Positions 39,724 to 49,915 of a stretch of 64,000 nucleotides of DNA are shown here, in pieces. This DNA comes from an uncultured bacterium (lineage in GTDB: Bacteria; Verrucomicrobiota; Verrucomicrobiia; Limisphaerales; UBA8199): positions 96,001 to 160,000 of the forward strand of contig CAVVMW010000023.1 in the NCBI GenBank assembly GCA_963749495.1, in the 5' to 3' direction. The notes beneath the pieces are model-generated. The model had not been told where the DNA came from and did not search any database. It saw nothing but the letters and a program-made list of their open reading frames with translations. Position numbers and translations under genes: made by a program. Each line of letters opens with the position of its first letter. The first letter of the stretch is position 1.

Positions 39724-42700
39724 ATGAATTCTTCACCACTGTCTTTGGCAGGTCGCGCCGTGGCGCGACTCCTCCTTCGGAACTTGATGACGCCGGCGCT
39801 GGCAGGGCTGCTGCTGCCGGTGACGGGCCTGGCAGGCACGTGGATCTGGTGGGAAGGGGAAAAGCCAAGCTCTTCCAACTTCCCCGCCACCACCTGGCTG
39901 TCGCCCTCCAGCCAGGCTGAACGGAATTGCTGCTCCGGCGGCAACATCCTCACGGCGGTCAACATCAGGACCAGCGGCCCCTATTGGGCGAATTACACCA
40001 TCAACGTGACGCAAGCCGCCACCTACCGGCTCTACGCGCGCAAGATCTGGGAATACGGGGCGTTCAAGTGGCGGTTCGACAGCGGGGCCTTTCAGTATGC
40101 CGACGACCAGTTGCAGTTGATGGACAACGGCAACTACAAGCAGTATTTCCCGCTGAATTGGGTCTATCTGGGCACCGTTGTGTTGGCCGCCGGACAGCAC
40201 ATCTTCCGTGTGGAGTTGAACGCCGCGGACTGGCCAAACGACCCCTCCTACCAGAGCGGCGGCGCAAACCTCGCCGGCTTCGACGCCTTCCTGCTCGACA
40301 CCGACCCGTTCGTGCCACGCGGCATACTCAAGCCGGGCCAGAACTATAACCTGGCGGAACCGGGCAAGTGGAATTTCGAGCCGCCCATCGACGATTTCAC
40401 TGCACCAGCTCTTCTCGATTTGCGTTCGCTCAACGAGGCAGTAGCCGGCCAATCCGGCTATGTCCGCCAGGCCGCCGATGCGCCGGGCAAGCTTGTCCTG
40501 GGCGATGGGACGCCGGTCCGGTTCTGGGGAGTGTTCGTGGGCAACGAGCAGCTCGACCTCGTCTCCTTGTCCGTGCAGGCGAAGTTCCTGGCCAAACGCG
40601 GCGTGAACCTGGTCCGCATCATGGGCGATCTGTCCGCCTCCAGCCCCACCAACATCAACGCGGTGGACGCCGCGTTCGTCGATAACGCGCGCCGGGCGGT
40701 GGCCGCCTTCAAGCAAGAGGGCATCTACGCGGAAATAGACTTCTTCTACAACCTGGGCTTCACCATCCGCAAGGAGTGGGGCGTGGCCGGATATACGAAC
40801 GACCAATCCTCGCCCACGGTCGTCCTGATGTTCGACGACACCCTCAAGGCGGCATACAAACAATGGGCGACCCAATTGTTCGCCCCGACCAATGCCTACA
40901 CCGGCATTCCGCTGGCCCAGGACCCCGCTGTCGCCATCATCGAAATCCAGAACGAGGACAGCTTCTTCTTTTGGACCTTCAACCCGGACAATTTCCCGGA
41001 GGCCCAGCGGCAGAACTTGGAAGCGAAGTTCGGGGCCTGGCTGATTAAAAACCACGGCAGCATCGCCGCCGCTCAGGTCAACTGGAACCCGTGGTTTACG
41101 CTGCCCGATGACGACCCGGCCAATGGTCGAATGGGGTTGGCCTGGGCCTACTTCATGACTACCCAGACGGATGCAGGGTCATCCTATTACACTGGCCGCA
41201 TGGCCGATGAAATTGCCTTCCTGGCGGACCTCCAGCGCGCCTTCTACCAGGAGATGGGCGATTTTTTCCGCAACACCCTGGGCTGCCGCAGCTTGATCCA
41301 ATCCTGCAACTGGACGACGGCCGACAAACTGTTTCTGCTGGATGTCGAGCGTTACACTTACACGGCCAACAATGTCATTGACAGCCATCGCTACTTCAAT
41401 CCCATCCACGTGTGCCCCAACACGCCGGATACCAGCAGCTACGCCGTGAGTGTGGGAGATTATTACCTAAGCCGGGCCGTCGTTGCCAATCCGCGCCTCC
41501 TCCCCTCGGCCTACAAGCAGGTGGCCGGCTACCCGAACATCGTCTCAGAAAGCACCTGGTATAATCCCAACCGGTTCAAGGCCGAGGGGCCGCTGCTCAT
41601 CGCCGCCTACAATTCGATGGCCGATATCAACGCTTGGATTTGGTTCGCCACATCGTCGCTGGGCTATGAAGAGTCGGTGAGCAAGTTTCCCCTGGCACTG
41701 CCCTCGATCATGGGCCAGTTTCCCGGGGCCGCGTTGCTGTATCGGCGGGGCGATGTCCAGACGCCGGTGGCGGTCCACGAAGCGCGCAACCTCAACAGGG
41801 CCTATCACAAGGAATTCGCGCTGATCTCCGAGTATAACGAGGCCCGCAATCCCCCCGACAACCCGGTCTATGACCCCGCCACGGGGACCGGACGGCTGGA
41901 TCCCCTGGCCATGCTCGCCGGCCGGGTCGAGTGCAGCTTCCTTACGCAGGATGCGTCCAATTACGTGGCCCCGGACCTGCTCAGCCACCTGGACACGACA
42001 AACCAGGTCGTCGAGAGCCTCCCGCCCCCCGGCGCGGCGCGCGGGCAGCTCAAGCTGGATTGGAGCAACGGCATCTTCCAGGTCAACAGCCCTTGCAGCC
42101 AAGGCGTGAGCGGCTTCCTTAACCGCGTGCCGAGCATCAACCTGGACGATGTCACCATCGCCTCGAGCAACGACTTTGGCGCGGTCCTGGTCATCGCCCT
42201 GGACGGCCTGCCGCTGGCCCAATCCCAGAAGATCCTCATCCAGGCCGTGACCGAAGATAATCCTTATGGCTGGCAGGAACAGGACCAGGTCTTCACGAAC
42301 AACAACGTGGTGTATAACGGCAAGAAGATCGTTTCGCTGGGACAGCCGCCCATGAACGTGGTGAACATTGCGGGCGCCGTCACCCTAAAGGGCCTGGGCC
42401 AGGGCCCCGTCCTCCGGGCCAAGGTCCTGGATGAGAACGGTTATGCCCGTGGCGATGCCGCCAGCCAGGTGGTTGGCCCCGACCTGCAGGTGACCCTGCC
42501 GACTAACTCTCTTTACACCGTCCTGCTGGCCCCGCCTGTCATTACCAACCAGCCCCAGAGCCAGGCCGTAATGGAAGGGAGCAATGCCCTCTTCAGCGTG
42601 GGCGCCAGCGGGGCCCAGCCCTTGGCTTGCCAGTGGCAGTTCAACGGCAACCCGCTGCCGGGAATGACCAACACGACGCTGCCGTTGGATGCGCTCCAAC

Positions 42701-45204
42701 CGGCTCAGGCCGGCAATTACTCGGTCGTGGTCACCAACGCGGCGGGAGCCGCGACCAGCGCGGTGGCGGTGTTGACGGTGAACGCGCCCCCGGCCATCAC
42801 GGCCCAACCGCAGACTCAGAGCGTGACCGCGGCAACCGCGGCGGCCTTCAGCGTCACGGCCGGCGGGAGCAGTCCCCTGGCATACCAATGGCAGTTCAAC
42901 GGCACGGACCTCAGCGACAGTGTCTTCATCACCGGCTCGCAAAGTAATCTCCTGACAATCGCCAACGTGATGGCGGGCAATGCGGGCAATTACCAGGTCC
43001 TCGTCACCAACGCCTACGGCTCCGCCACCAGCGGCGTGGCCATTCTGTCCGTGCTCCCGGCCCTGCCCGTCATCACCTGGCCCGCGCCGCCGGCCATTAC
43101 CTACGGCGCCGCGCTCGACTCCAGCCAATTGAACGCCGCGGCCGCCGTGTCCGGCAGTTTCGCCTACAGCCCGGCGGCCGGCGCCGTGCCCGATGCCGGC
43201 ACCAGCACCCTTTCGGTGCTCTTCACCCCGGATGACAGCGCCGACTTTTCCACCGCGGCGGCCCGCGTCAGCCTGGCGGTCTTGCCGGCGCCGCTGAGCG
43301 TGGCCGCCACCAACGCTGCGCGGTCCTACGGCGCAGCCAACCCGGTCTTCACCGGCAGCCTCGCCGGTTTGGTCAACGGCGACATCCTCAGCGCCACTTA
43401 TTCCACTCCAGCCACCGCAGCCAGCCCAGTCGGCAGCTACCCGATCCTGCCCAGCCTGGTGGATCCGGCAGGCCGATTGAAGAACTACACGGCCACGCTC
43501 CTCCAGGGCACCCTCACTATCACGCCCGTGCCGCTCACCCTGACAGCGGCCGGCGCAACACGTGCCTACGGCCAGACCAACCCCGTCTTCACTGGCACCG
43601 TTGCGGGTTTGATCAACGGCGACAATATCACAGTCAGTTGCGCCACACCGGCGGCCTCGGGCAGCCCTGTTGGCGCCTACCCGATTGTGCCCAGCCCCGT
43701 GGATCCGGACCGCCGATTGGGCAATTACACGCTTAGCCTGACCAACGGCACGCTCACGATCGCGCAGGCACTGTTGACCGTCGCGGCCGCTGACGCAACG
43801 CGCGCCTATGGCCAGACCAATCCCGTCTTCACGGGCACGATCGCGGGGTTGGCAAGCGGCGACAACATCACGGCCGCCTATAGCTGCCTCGCCACGCCCG
43901 CCAGTCCGCTCGGCAGCTATCCCATCGTTCCCAGCCCGGTGGACCCGGGCAATCTCCTGACCAACTACCAGGTCAGCCTGATCAACGGCGTGCTCACCGT
44001 GACACCAGCGGTGCCCCTCCTGGCGTGGACCAATCCGGCCGACATCCTTTACGGCACCGCGCTCGACACCAATCAATTGAACGCCGCGGCGAGCGTGCCC
44101 GGCAGCTTTGCCTACAGCCCCGCCGCGGGCGACAGGTTGGATGCCGGCACCAACACGCTCTCGGTCCTGTTCACTCCGGATGATGCTGCCGACTTCCTCA
44201 CCGCAACGGCGGGCGTCAGCGTTGTGGTCTTGCCGGCCCCCTTGAGCGTGACCGCCGCGGACGCCATGCGTTCCTACGGTGCTGCCAACCCGATCCTGAC
44301 CGGCGTGGTCGTCGGCCTGGTCAACGGCGACAACATCACGGCCACTTATGCGACAGCCGCTACCGCAGCCAGCCCTGTCGGCGCCTATCCCATCTCGCCC
44401 AGCCTGGTGGATCCGGACAACCGCCTGGCCAACTACGCCCCCGCAGTGACCAATGGCACGCTCCTCATTACTCCGGCGCCGCTCACCGTGACAGCGGCCG
44501 GTGCAACGCGTGTCTATGGACAGACCAACCCCGTCTTCACGGGCACGATCCTGGGTTTGGCCAATGGCGACAACATTACCGCCGTCTATAGTTGCCTGGC
44601 CACGACCCTCAGCCCGCCCGGCGCTTATCCGATTGTGCCCAGCGTGGTGGACCCGGGCAATCTCCTGACCAATTACCTCCTCAGCCTGATCAATGGCACA
44701 CTCACGGTGGTGCCGGCTGCCCCGCCGATCCTCCTCAGTGCAGCCCCCAGCAGCGGGCCAACCAATGGGGGCACCACCGTGACTATCGTGGGCACTGGCC
44801 TGGAGAGCGGCGCCTCGGTCTGCTTCGGCGCGCTGTCGGCGGCCTCGGTGGCTGTCCTCAACTCGACGAACCTCACGGCGGTCACACCGCCCTCAGCACC
44901 TGGAACGGTGGACGTGGTCGTCACCAACGCCGATGGCCAGAGCGCCGTCCTGACCAATGCCTTCACCTTCACTTACCTCGAGCGGCCCCTGTTCAAAACG
45001 GTGACCCAAAGCGCGGGCGTGGTAACGCTCACTTGGAGCGCGAGCGCGGGCCAAACCTATCAGGTGCAGTACAAGACCCAGTTGAAGCAGGCCGACTGGG
45101 ACGCTCTAGGCAGTCCCCTCACCGCCACCAACTCCACGGCGAGCGCCTCGGATGTTCCGGGGCCGGATGCGCAGCGCTTTTACCGCGTGGTGCGCTTGCC
45201 CTGA
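39724..45204 (+). CDS. Giant secreted protein: clan GH-A-like glycoside hydrolase domain, two Ig domains, five MBG-like repeats, IPT/TIG domain, C-terminal FYRV domain
   Basis: Signal peptide; RFWGV, G.NLVR, EIQNEDS, IVSE; P.IT.QP Ig repeats; L.V.A....R.YG..NP.FTG repeats; P.SGPT.GGT.V.I.G. Confidence 0.9.
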   Translation: MNSSPLSLAGRAVARLLLRNLMTPALAGLLLPVTGLAGTWIWWEGEKPSSSNFPATTWLSPSSQAERNCCSGGNILTAVNIRTSGPYWANYTINVTQAATYRLYARKIWEYGAFKWRFDSGAFQYADDQLQLMDNGNYKQYFPLNWVYLGTVVLAAGQHIFRVELNAADWPNDPSYQSGGANLAGFDAFLLDTDPFVPRGILKPGQNYNLAEPGKWNFEPPIDDFTAPALLDLRSLNEAVAGQSGYVRQAADAPGKLVLGDGTPVRFWGVFVGNEQLDLVSLSVQAKFLAKRGVNLVRIMGDLSASSPTNINAVDAAFVDNARRAVAAFKQEGIYAEIDFFYNLGFTIRKEWGVAGYTNDQSSPTVVLMFDDTLKAAYKQWATQLFAPTNAYTGIPLAQDPAVAIIEIQNEDSFFFWTFNPDNFPEAQRQNLEAKFGAWLIKNHGSIAAAQVNWNPWFTLPDDDPANGRMGLAWAYFMTTQTDAGSSYYTGRMADEIAFLADLQRAFYQEMGDFFRNTLGCRSLIQSCNWTTADKLFLLDVERYTYTANNVIDSHRYFNPIHVCPNTPDTSSYAVSVGDYYLSRAVVANPRLLPSAYKQVAGYPNIVSESTWYNPNRFKAEGPLLIAAYNSMADINAWIWFATSSLGYEESVSKFPLALPSIMGQFPGAALLYRRGDVQTPVAVHEARNLNRAYHKEFALISEYNEARNPPDNPVYDPATGTGRLDPLAMLAGRVECSFLTQDASNYVAPDLLSHLDTTNQVVESLPPPGAARGQLKLDWSNGIFQVNSPCSQGVSGFLNRVPSINLDDVTIASSNDFGAVLVIALDGLPLAQSQKILIQAVTEDNPYGWQEQDQVFTNNNVVYNGKKIVSLGQPPMNVVNIAGAVTLKGLGQGPVLRAKVLDENGYARGDAASQVVGPDLQVTLPTNSLYTVLLAPPVITNQPQSQAVMEGSNALFSVGASGAQPLACQWQFNGNPLPGMTNTTLPLDALQPAQAGNYSVVVTNAAGAATSAVAVLTVNAPPAITAQPQTQSVTAATAAAFSVTAGGSSPLAYQWQFNGTDLSDSVFITGSQSNLLTIANVMAGNAGNYQVLVTNAYGSATSGVAILSVLPALPVITWPAPPAITYGAALDSSQLNAAAAVSGSFAYSPAAGAVPDAGTSTLSVLFTPDDSADFSTAAARVSLAVLPAPLSVAATNAARSYGAANPVFTGSLAGLVNGDILSATYSTPATAASPVGSYPILPSLVDPAGRLKNYTATLLQGTLTITPVPLTLTAAGATRAYGQTNPVFTGTVAGLINGDNITVSCATPAASGSPVGAYPIVPSPVDPDRRLGNYTLSLTNGTLTIAQALLTVAAADATRAYGQTNPVFTGTIAGLASGDNITAAYSCLATPASPLGSYPIVPSPVDPGNLLTNYQVSLINGVLTVTPAVPLLAWTNPADILYGTALDTNQLNAAASVPGSFAYSPAAGDRLDAGTNTLSVLFTPDDAADFLTATAGVSVVVLPAPLSVTAADAMRSYGAANPILTGVVVGLVNGDNITATYATAATAASPVGAYPISPSLVDPDNRLANYAPAVTNGTLLITPAPLTVTAAGATRVYGQTNPVFTGTILGLANGDNITAVYSCLATTLSPPGAYPIVPSVVDPGNLLTNYLLSLINGTLTVVPAAPPILLSAAPSSGPTNGGTTVTIVGTGLESGASVCFGALSAASVAVLNSTNLTAVTPPSAPGTVDVVVTNADGQSAVLTNAFTFTYLERPLFKTVTQSAGVVTLTWSASAGQTYQVQYKTQLKQADWDALGSPLTATNSTASASDVPGPDAQRFYRVVRLP

Positions 45205-45213
45205 GAGGGCCAA

Positions 45214-45243
45214 GGGGTCAGATCTCAACATTTGACATTTGTG
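45214..45243. repeat. 30-bp motif identical to 16003-16032
   Basis: Exact match. Confidence 0.85.
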
Positions 45244-45259
45244 CGGAGAGGCGAAGGGG

Positions 45260-45690
45260 TCAGACTGACCTTCCCCCATGTGCGAATGAGAGGTCAGGCG
45301 GGATTCGTCTGCGCAAGTCCTTCTACTGGCGCCCCTTGCGTGGGTTGGTCAGCCGTCGGACGCTGGCTTTTCTTAGAGACAACATCGGCGGTTTCAACTT
45401 GGGCAGCGCTTCCAACACCTCCGTCTGCGCAACCGGATAGCTGGTGGGCAATCGCCACAGATCCACTTCACTCTCCCCCAACCGTACCAACCGGACCGCC
45501 TTGAGCCGCTCCAGTCCATCCTGCACCGTCAGGCCCAGCGGTGCCAACCGCCGGTCCAACTCCCGCGCCAGCTTGAGCGCCAGCAAACACACCAAGGCGT
45601 GCCCACGCGTACGACCTTCCTTGCGGAGGAAAATCGGCCGCAGCTCCAACAGCCCGGTCTTGAGCGTGCGAAAGTCCCGCTCCACCTCCG
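45260..45690 (-). mobile_element. IS1634-like (IS4 superfamily) remnant: C-terminal transposase fragment (45323..45685) and probable right end
   Basis: VERDFRTLK..LELRPIFLRKE.RTRGH..VC.LA motif; no N-terminal part upstream. Confidence 0.8.
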
Positions 45691-45809
45691 GAGATTGTCA
45701 ACGGCACAAGTCTCACCGGGTTTTGCGCATAATCACAACGGGGAGGCCGTCGTCGCTTGCTGCGGATACAACCTCCCAGCCAACCGCAGCGTTCAGGCGG
45801 AGAACACAT

Positions 45810-45903
45810 CAGCGTTCATTAGCGCAGATTAGCGGTTCAGTTGTTCGGTGACCGCAGCTCGCAGGCTCGCCAAGAACCGCTAATCTGCGCTAACCAACGC
45901 TGA
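45810..45903. repeat. Inverted repeat pair
   Basis: cagcgttcattagcgcagattagcggttc ... gaaccgctaatctgcgctaaccaacgctg. Confidence 0.75.
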
Positions 45904-45926
45904 TAAGAGCAACCAACTTTCAAGGA

Positions 45927-48107
45927 CTAATACTCGACGGCCAACTGCCTCGGGGCGGACTGGTTTGGGAATCGTATCCAGAGCAGGCGCTCGGTGGCGG
46001 AGTATTCGTATTGGTCGCAAGGCTGGCCGGCGAGGGAGACGAGCCGGGGGGCGAGCGGGGAGCAGAGCAGGACGATGGCGGGGGTGCCGGCAACGCCCTC
46101 GACCGCCAGAGTGATGGAGCGCGGCCCGGTTTTGAGGGCAAGCGCCTTGCAGGCCGAGGCCAGGACGCGCGGTTTATCGAGCGGCGCCGCCTGGAGGTCC
46201 AGCAGGAAGAGCCGCGCCGCCGGGGCCAGCGTGACTGCGCGCCGGACGCGCAATTCGGGGTCGAACAGGTTCACAAAGCGGCCGCGCAACTCCTTGGGTT
46301 CGCCGGGGATTGACTCATCCAGGCCGGCGGCGATGACGTAAGGGCCGCGGCGCAGGAGGAGGTAATTGGTCTCGCGCCAGTCGAGTTTGCCGCGGGCTGC
46401 GGCCGCCTTGACGGTCTCCACCAGGCGCGAGTCGCCGTCGGCCGCCCCGGCGAGTTGCGCAGGGTTGACCCGGCTCCAAACCACGCCGCCCTCGCCGATG
46501 GCCACAAAGGCGCCGGTCCCGGCCGCCTCGGCCTTTTGGCCAGTCAGGCCGAGTTGCTCGAAGAGGTGCTCGCGCGGGGTGGAGTAGTTGAGCCCGCCGC
46601 TGTTCCACCACTCGCGCACCTTGTTGAACGGGTCCGCATCGTCGTCGCACACCACCAGGATGCCGCCCGCTTTGACCCATTGGGCCAGCGGGGCGTGGAC
46701 CTCCGGGGCGAGCGGTTTCATGCCCTGGTAAGTGAGCAGCAGGAGACGCACCCCGTCCAGGTAATGGGGCGCGGCCAGGTTCTCGAGCTGGACCGGCGCC
46801 ACGGGCAGGCCGCGCTTGAGCAGGGGCAGCGCCAGCCCATAGACATGGCCCAGGTGCGCGTCGCTCGGGGCCGGCGCGCCGCGCTCGAACATGAGCGAAT
46901 CGCTCACCACCACGCCGACGCCCGGGGTGCCGCAGTCCCACTGGACCTGCGTTTGGTTGAGGTCGTTGAGGGCGTTGAAGGCGGTCTGCAGTTCGGTGGC
47001 GTAAGAGGGCGGGATGGGCTGGGGGTTTGGGCTGCGGGCAGGGTAACGCCCGCCGAAGACCCGCTCCGGCCACGGGGCCACCTCGAAGCGCCAGACCTCG
47101 GGCTGGAACAACGAGGCGGTCAACGTCGACTCCCAATTGGCCCGGTAGTCGGGCCAATCATGGTCCGGGTTGTCCTCGACCGGGTCGTCCAGGTACCAGA
47201 CCGTGCGGCCGGTGGCGCGGACCAGGTTCTGCATCGCGCCGTATTCGAGGAAGGCGGTCTCGAAGGTGCGTTCGCGCAACCGGCCGCGATAGAGATTAGG
47301 CGTGCGCGCCGTGCCGGTCCACACCTGGGCGATATAGCCGTCGCACCCCTTGAGCCGGGCCAGGCTGGATTCGGGGCTGACAATGCGCCAATGGGCGTAG
47401 TTGAGCAGGCTGTGCGTGGGCACGTAGCAACGCACGCGGCGGCCCGCGCGCCGGTTGAAGTCCTGCACGTAATCGAACACCTGCTGCAAGGCGCGGCGAT
47501 AGAGGTAATACTTGAGTTTGGAGGCCCGCCACTGGGCATCCACGGAGCTGTGCGGCGCCTGCCACTGCTCCCCGTAATAGTTCTGCCATTCCCGCTTGAA
47601 GCCGCCCTCGTAGCCGTCCCGCACCCAGAACTCGGGTTCCTCGAGGTGAATCGCCTCGGCCCCGGCATCCAGCGCCCGCTGCACCCCCAGGCACAGGAAC
47701 TTCCCGTAGTTGGTCCCCGGACACATGTAGAAGATGTCCCGGCTGCCGCCGTGGCGGTGCGCTTTGCCGGCCGCATCGGTCTGCGCCTCGTCCTCGTGGT
47801 TGATGCCGTCAAAGCGGCCATACAGGTAGTCCTGGTAAGCGCCCCAGGCCACCCCCGTCATCACGTGTACCCGGTAGCCCCGCTCCCGCCAACTGCTCAG
47901 CCGCCCGGGCAATCCGGTGTCTATCCCATAAACAATCGCCACGTCCGAGCGCAAGTTGCCCGCGCTGCTCCAGGCGCTGCCGGTCTGGAAACAGGTGCGC
48001 TCCTGCTCCTGCTCCGGCTCGGCCGGAAACGGCGGCGGGGCTTCTCCTCCTTGCGCTTTAGGGGCCATCATGAGCAGCGCCAGCAAGGGTGCGAGGATCT
48101 TCAACAT
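45927..48107 (-). CDS. Secreted hypothetical protein (726 aa), possibly glycoside-hydrolase-like
   Basis: Signal peptide, HLEEPEFW, L..WV..GG.L C-domain; strong codon bias. Confidence 0.75.
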   Translation of the reverse strand: MLKILAPLLALLMMAPKAQGGEAPPPFPAEPEQEQERTCFQTGSAWSSAGNLRSDVAIVYGIDTGLPGRLSSWRERGYRVHVMTGVAWGAYQDYLYGRFDGINHEDEAQTDAAGKAHRHGGSRDIFYMCPGTNYGKFLCLGVQRALDAGAEAIHLEEPEFWVRDGYEGGFKREWQNYYGEQWQAPHSSVDAQWRASKLKYYLYRRALQQVFDYVQDFNRRAGRRVRCYVPTHSLLNYAHWRIVSPESSLARLKGCDGYIAQVWTGTARTPNLYRGRLRERTFETAFLEYGAMQNLVRATGRTVWYLDDPVEDNPDHDWPDYRANWESTLTASLFQPEVWRFEVAPWPERVFGGRYPARSPNPQPIPPSYATELQTAFNALNDLNQTQVQWDCGTPGVGVVVSDSLMFERGAPAPSDAHLGHVYGLALPLLKRGLPVAPVQLENLAAPHYLDGVRLLLLTYQGMKPLAPEVHAPLAQWVKAGGILVVCDDDADPFNKVREWWNSGGLNYSTPREHLFEQLGLTGQKAEAAGTGAFVAIGEGGVVWSRVNPAQLAGAADGDSRLVETVKAAAARGKLDWRETNYLLLRRGPYVIAAGLDESIPGEPKELRGRFVNLFDPELRVRRAVTLAPAARLFLLDLQAAPLDKPRVLASACKALALKTGPRSITLAVEGVAGTPAIVLLCSPLAPRLVSLAGQPCDQYEYSATERLLWIRFPNQSAPRQLAVEY

Positions 48108-48236
48108 GCGTCCTCAATGCCTGAAACTGCCCTCGGGTTCAACCGGAAAGAGGGGGGATTAGGCAGTCCGAGTGGGCGCTTCCCGAGACGATATTCCCCG
48201 CCAGGTTGGAATCCAGGCTGCGGCTGCTTTGCGGAC

Positions 48237-48472
48237 GCCAACGGCGTCGCTCATACCAGCCCAGGGCAACGCCCTGGGGAAGGCCGCCCAAAAGCCATTC
48301 AGAGCGCTGAAAGCGCGATTCATCCTTAAGTCCCGATTCAGAATCGGGATTGGCCCAATGGCCTGCTTCATAAAGCTGCCGGAGGATGAATCGCGCTTTC
48401 AGCGCTCCAGATGGTTATTGACGGTTGTTCCCAGGGCGTTGCCCTGGGCTGGTATGAATCAGGCCTTTGGCC
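48237..48472. repeat. Paired inverted REP-like element
   Basis: cataccagcccagggcaacgccctggg...agcgctgaaagcgcgattcatcc / ggatgaatcgcgctttcagcgct...cccagggcgttgccctgggctggtatg. Confidence 0.85.
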
Positions 48473-48518
48473 TGTCAAGGCCCCAGAAAAAAAATCCCGA
48501 AAATCCTGAATTTTTCTC

Positions 48519-48557
48519 TTGACGCGCCGGGGCATCTGTCCTATTGTCATAGGACAG
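48519..48557 (+). promoter_or_regulatory. Sigma70 promoter TTGACG-N17-TATTGT overlapped by palindromic operator CTGTCCTAT-N4-ATAGGACAG
   Basis: Perfect 9-bp inverted repeat (48536-48557) over the -10 box, just upstream of the GntR gene. Confidence 0.78.
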
Positions 48558-48569
48558 CAGAAGACGCGT

Positions 48570-49004
48570 ATGCTCTTACAGATCAATTTCAAGTCCGGCA
48601 CACCGGTTTACCTCCAGGTGGTCGACCAGGTCAAGGCGGCGGCGGCGGCGGGCGCCTTGCTGACCGGCGAGCCGCTGCCTTCCATCCGTCCGCTGGCCGA
48701 GGAACTTCGAGTCAACCGGAACACCATCGCCAAGGCCTACACCGAATTGGAAAGCCAGGGAGTGATCGAGACGGTCCCCGGCAAAGGCTGCTTCCTGAGG
48801 CCCAACGATTCACCGCTGCGCAAGCAGGTGCGCCGCCAGATGCTGAGCGAGGAGATCGACCAGGCGATCGTCAAGGCGCATCACCTCCAGGTGCCGGCGC
48901 CCGAGTTTCTGGAGTTGGTCCAGGAGCGGCTCCGGGTGATGGAAGAGAAACGGCGGGCGGCCGAAAAGGCTGACGGCCAGCGCGGTAAGAGCGGCACCCA
49001 ATAA
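48570..49004 (+). CDS. GntR family (YtrA-type) regulator
   Basis: PVYLQ, LPSIR.LAEEL.VNRNTIAKAY.ELE..G.I....GKG.F. Confidence 0.93.
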   Translation: MLLQINFKSGTPVYLQVVDQVKAAAAAGALLTGEPLPSIRPLAEELRVNRNTIAKAYTELESQGVIETVPGKGCFLRPNDSPLRKQVRRQMLSEEIDQAIVKAHHLQVPAPEFLELVQERLRVMEEKRRAAEKADGQRGKSGTQ

Positions 49005-49018
49005 GCGTTGCACGTTTT

Positions 49019-49909
49019 ATGAATCAGACCACCCCTATAATCGAGATCAAGGGCCTGAATTACGCCTATGGCCGGAGCGAGGCGGTGAACGACTTCAACC
49101 TCTCGGTGCGGGCGGGCCGGTGTTACGGCCTGTTCGGCCGCAACGGGGCCGGCAAGACCACCACCATGAAGTGCCTGCTCAACCTGCTGCGGCCGCGCAG
49201 CGGCACGGCGCGCGTCTTTGGGCTCGACCCGGCGCGGCGCGAGGTCGAGGTGAAACGGCGGCTGGCTTACGTGCCGGATTTCGTGGCGTTTTATCCCTGG
49301 ATGACGGTCCGCGAGACGCTCGACTACCTGGCGTCGTTCCGTTCGCGGTGGAACCGCGAGACCGAGCGCGACCTGCTGGAACGTTTTCGCCTGGAGGCCG
49401 ACCAGCGGACCGGCGCGCTCTCCAAGGGCCAGCGGACGCAAGTGGCGCTCATCGCCGCGGTGTGCCCGGAGCCGGAGCTGCTCTTGCTGGACGAGCCGAC
49501 GTCGGGGCTGGACCCCATCGTGCGGCGGGAGTTCATCGAGACGGTCATCGGCGCCTACCAGGAGGGCGAGCCGGGCCGGCGGACGATCCTGGTCTCGACG
49601 CACCTGATAGCGGAGTTCGAGGGGCTGATCGACGAGTTCACCATCATGGACGGCGGGCGGGACGTGCTGACACTGGGGGCGGACGAGGCGCGCCAGCGCT
49701 ACCAGAAGATCCGGGCGCTTTTCCCGCACCCGGCCCCGCCGCTCGAGTTCAAGGACGCCCTCCAGGTTCGGCGCAACGGGCGGGAGGTCGAGCTGATAGC
49801 CAACGGCGGCGGCGCGCAGATCATGGAAGAGTTGCGCCGGCTGGCGCCCGAGTCGCTGACGAGCGAGGCGCTGACGCTGGAGGAAGTGTTCGTGGCAACG
49901 CTCAAGTAG
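49019..49909 (+). CDS. ABC transporter ATP-binding protein
   Basis: GRNGAGKTT, LSKGQ, LLLDEPTSGLD, STH. Confidence 0.95.
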   Translation: MNQTTPIIEIKGLNYAYGRSEAVNDFNLSVRAGRCYGLFGRNGAGKTTTMKCLLNLLRPRSGTARVFGLDPARREVEVKRRLAYVPDFVAFYPWMTVRETLDYLASFRSRWNRETERDLLERFRLEADQRTGALSKGQRTQVALIAAVCPEPELLLLDEPTSGLDPIVRREFIETVIGAYQEGEPGRRTILVSTHLIAEFEGLIDEFTIMDGGRDVLTLGADEARQRYQKIRALFPHPAPPLEFKDALQVRRNGREVELIANGGGAQIMEELRRLAPESLTSEALTLEEVFVATLK

Positions 49910-49915
49910 GAGGGT

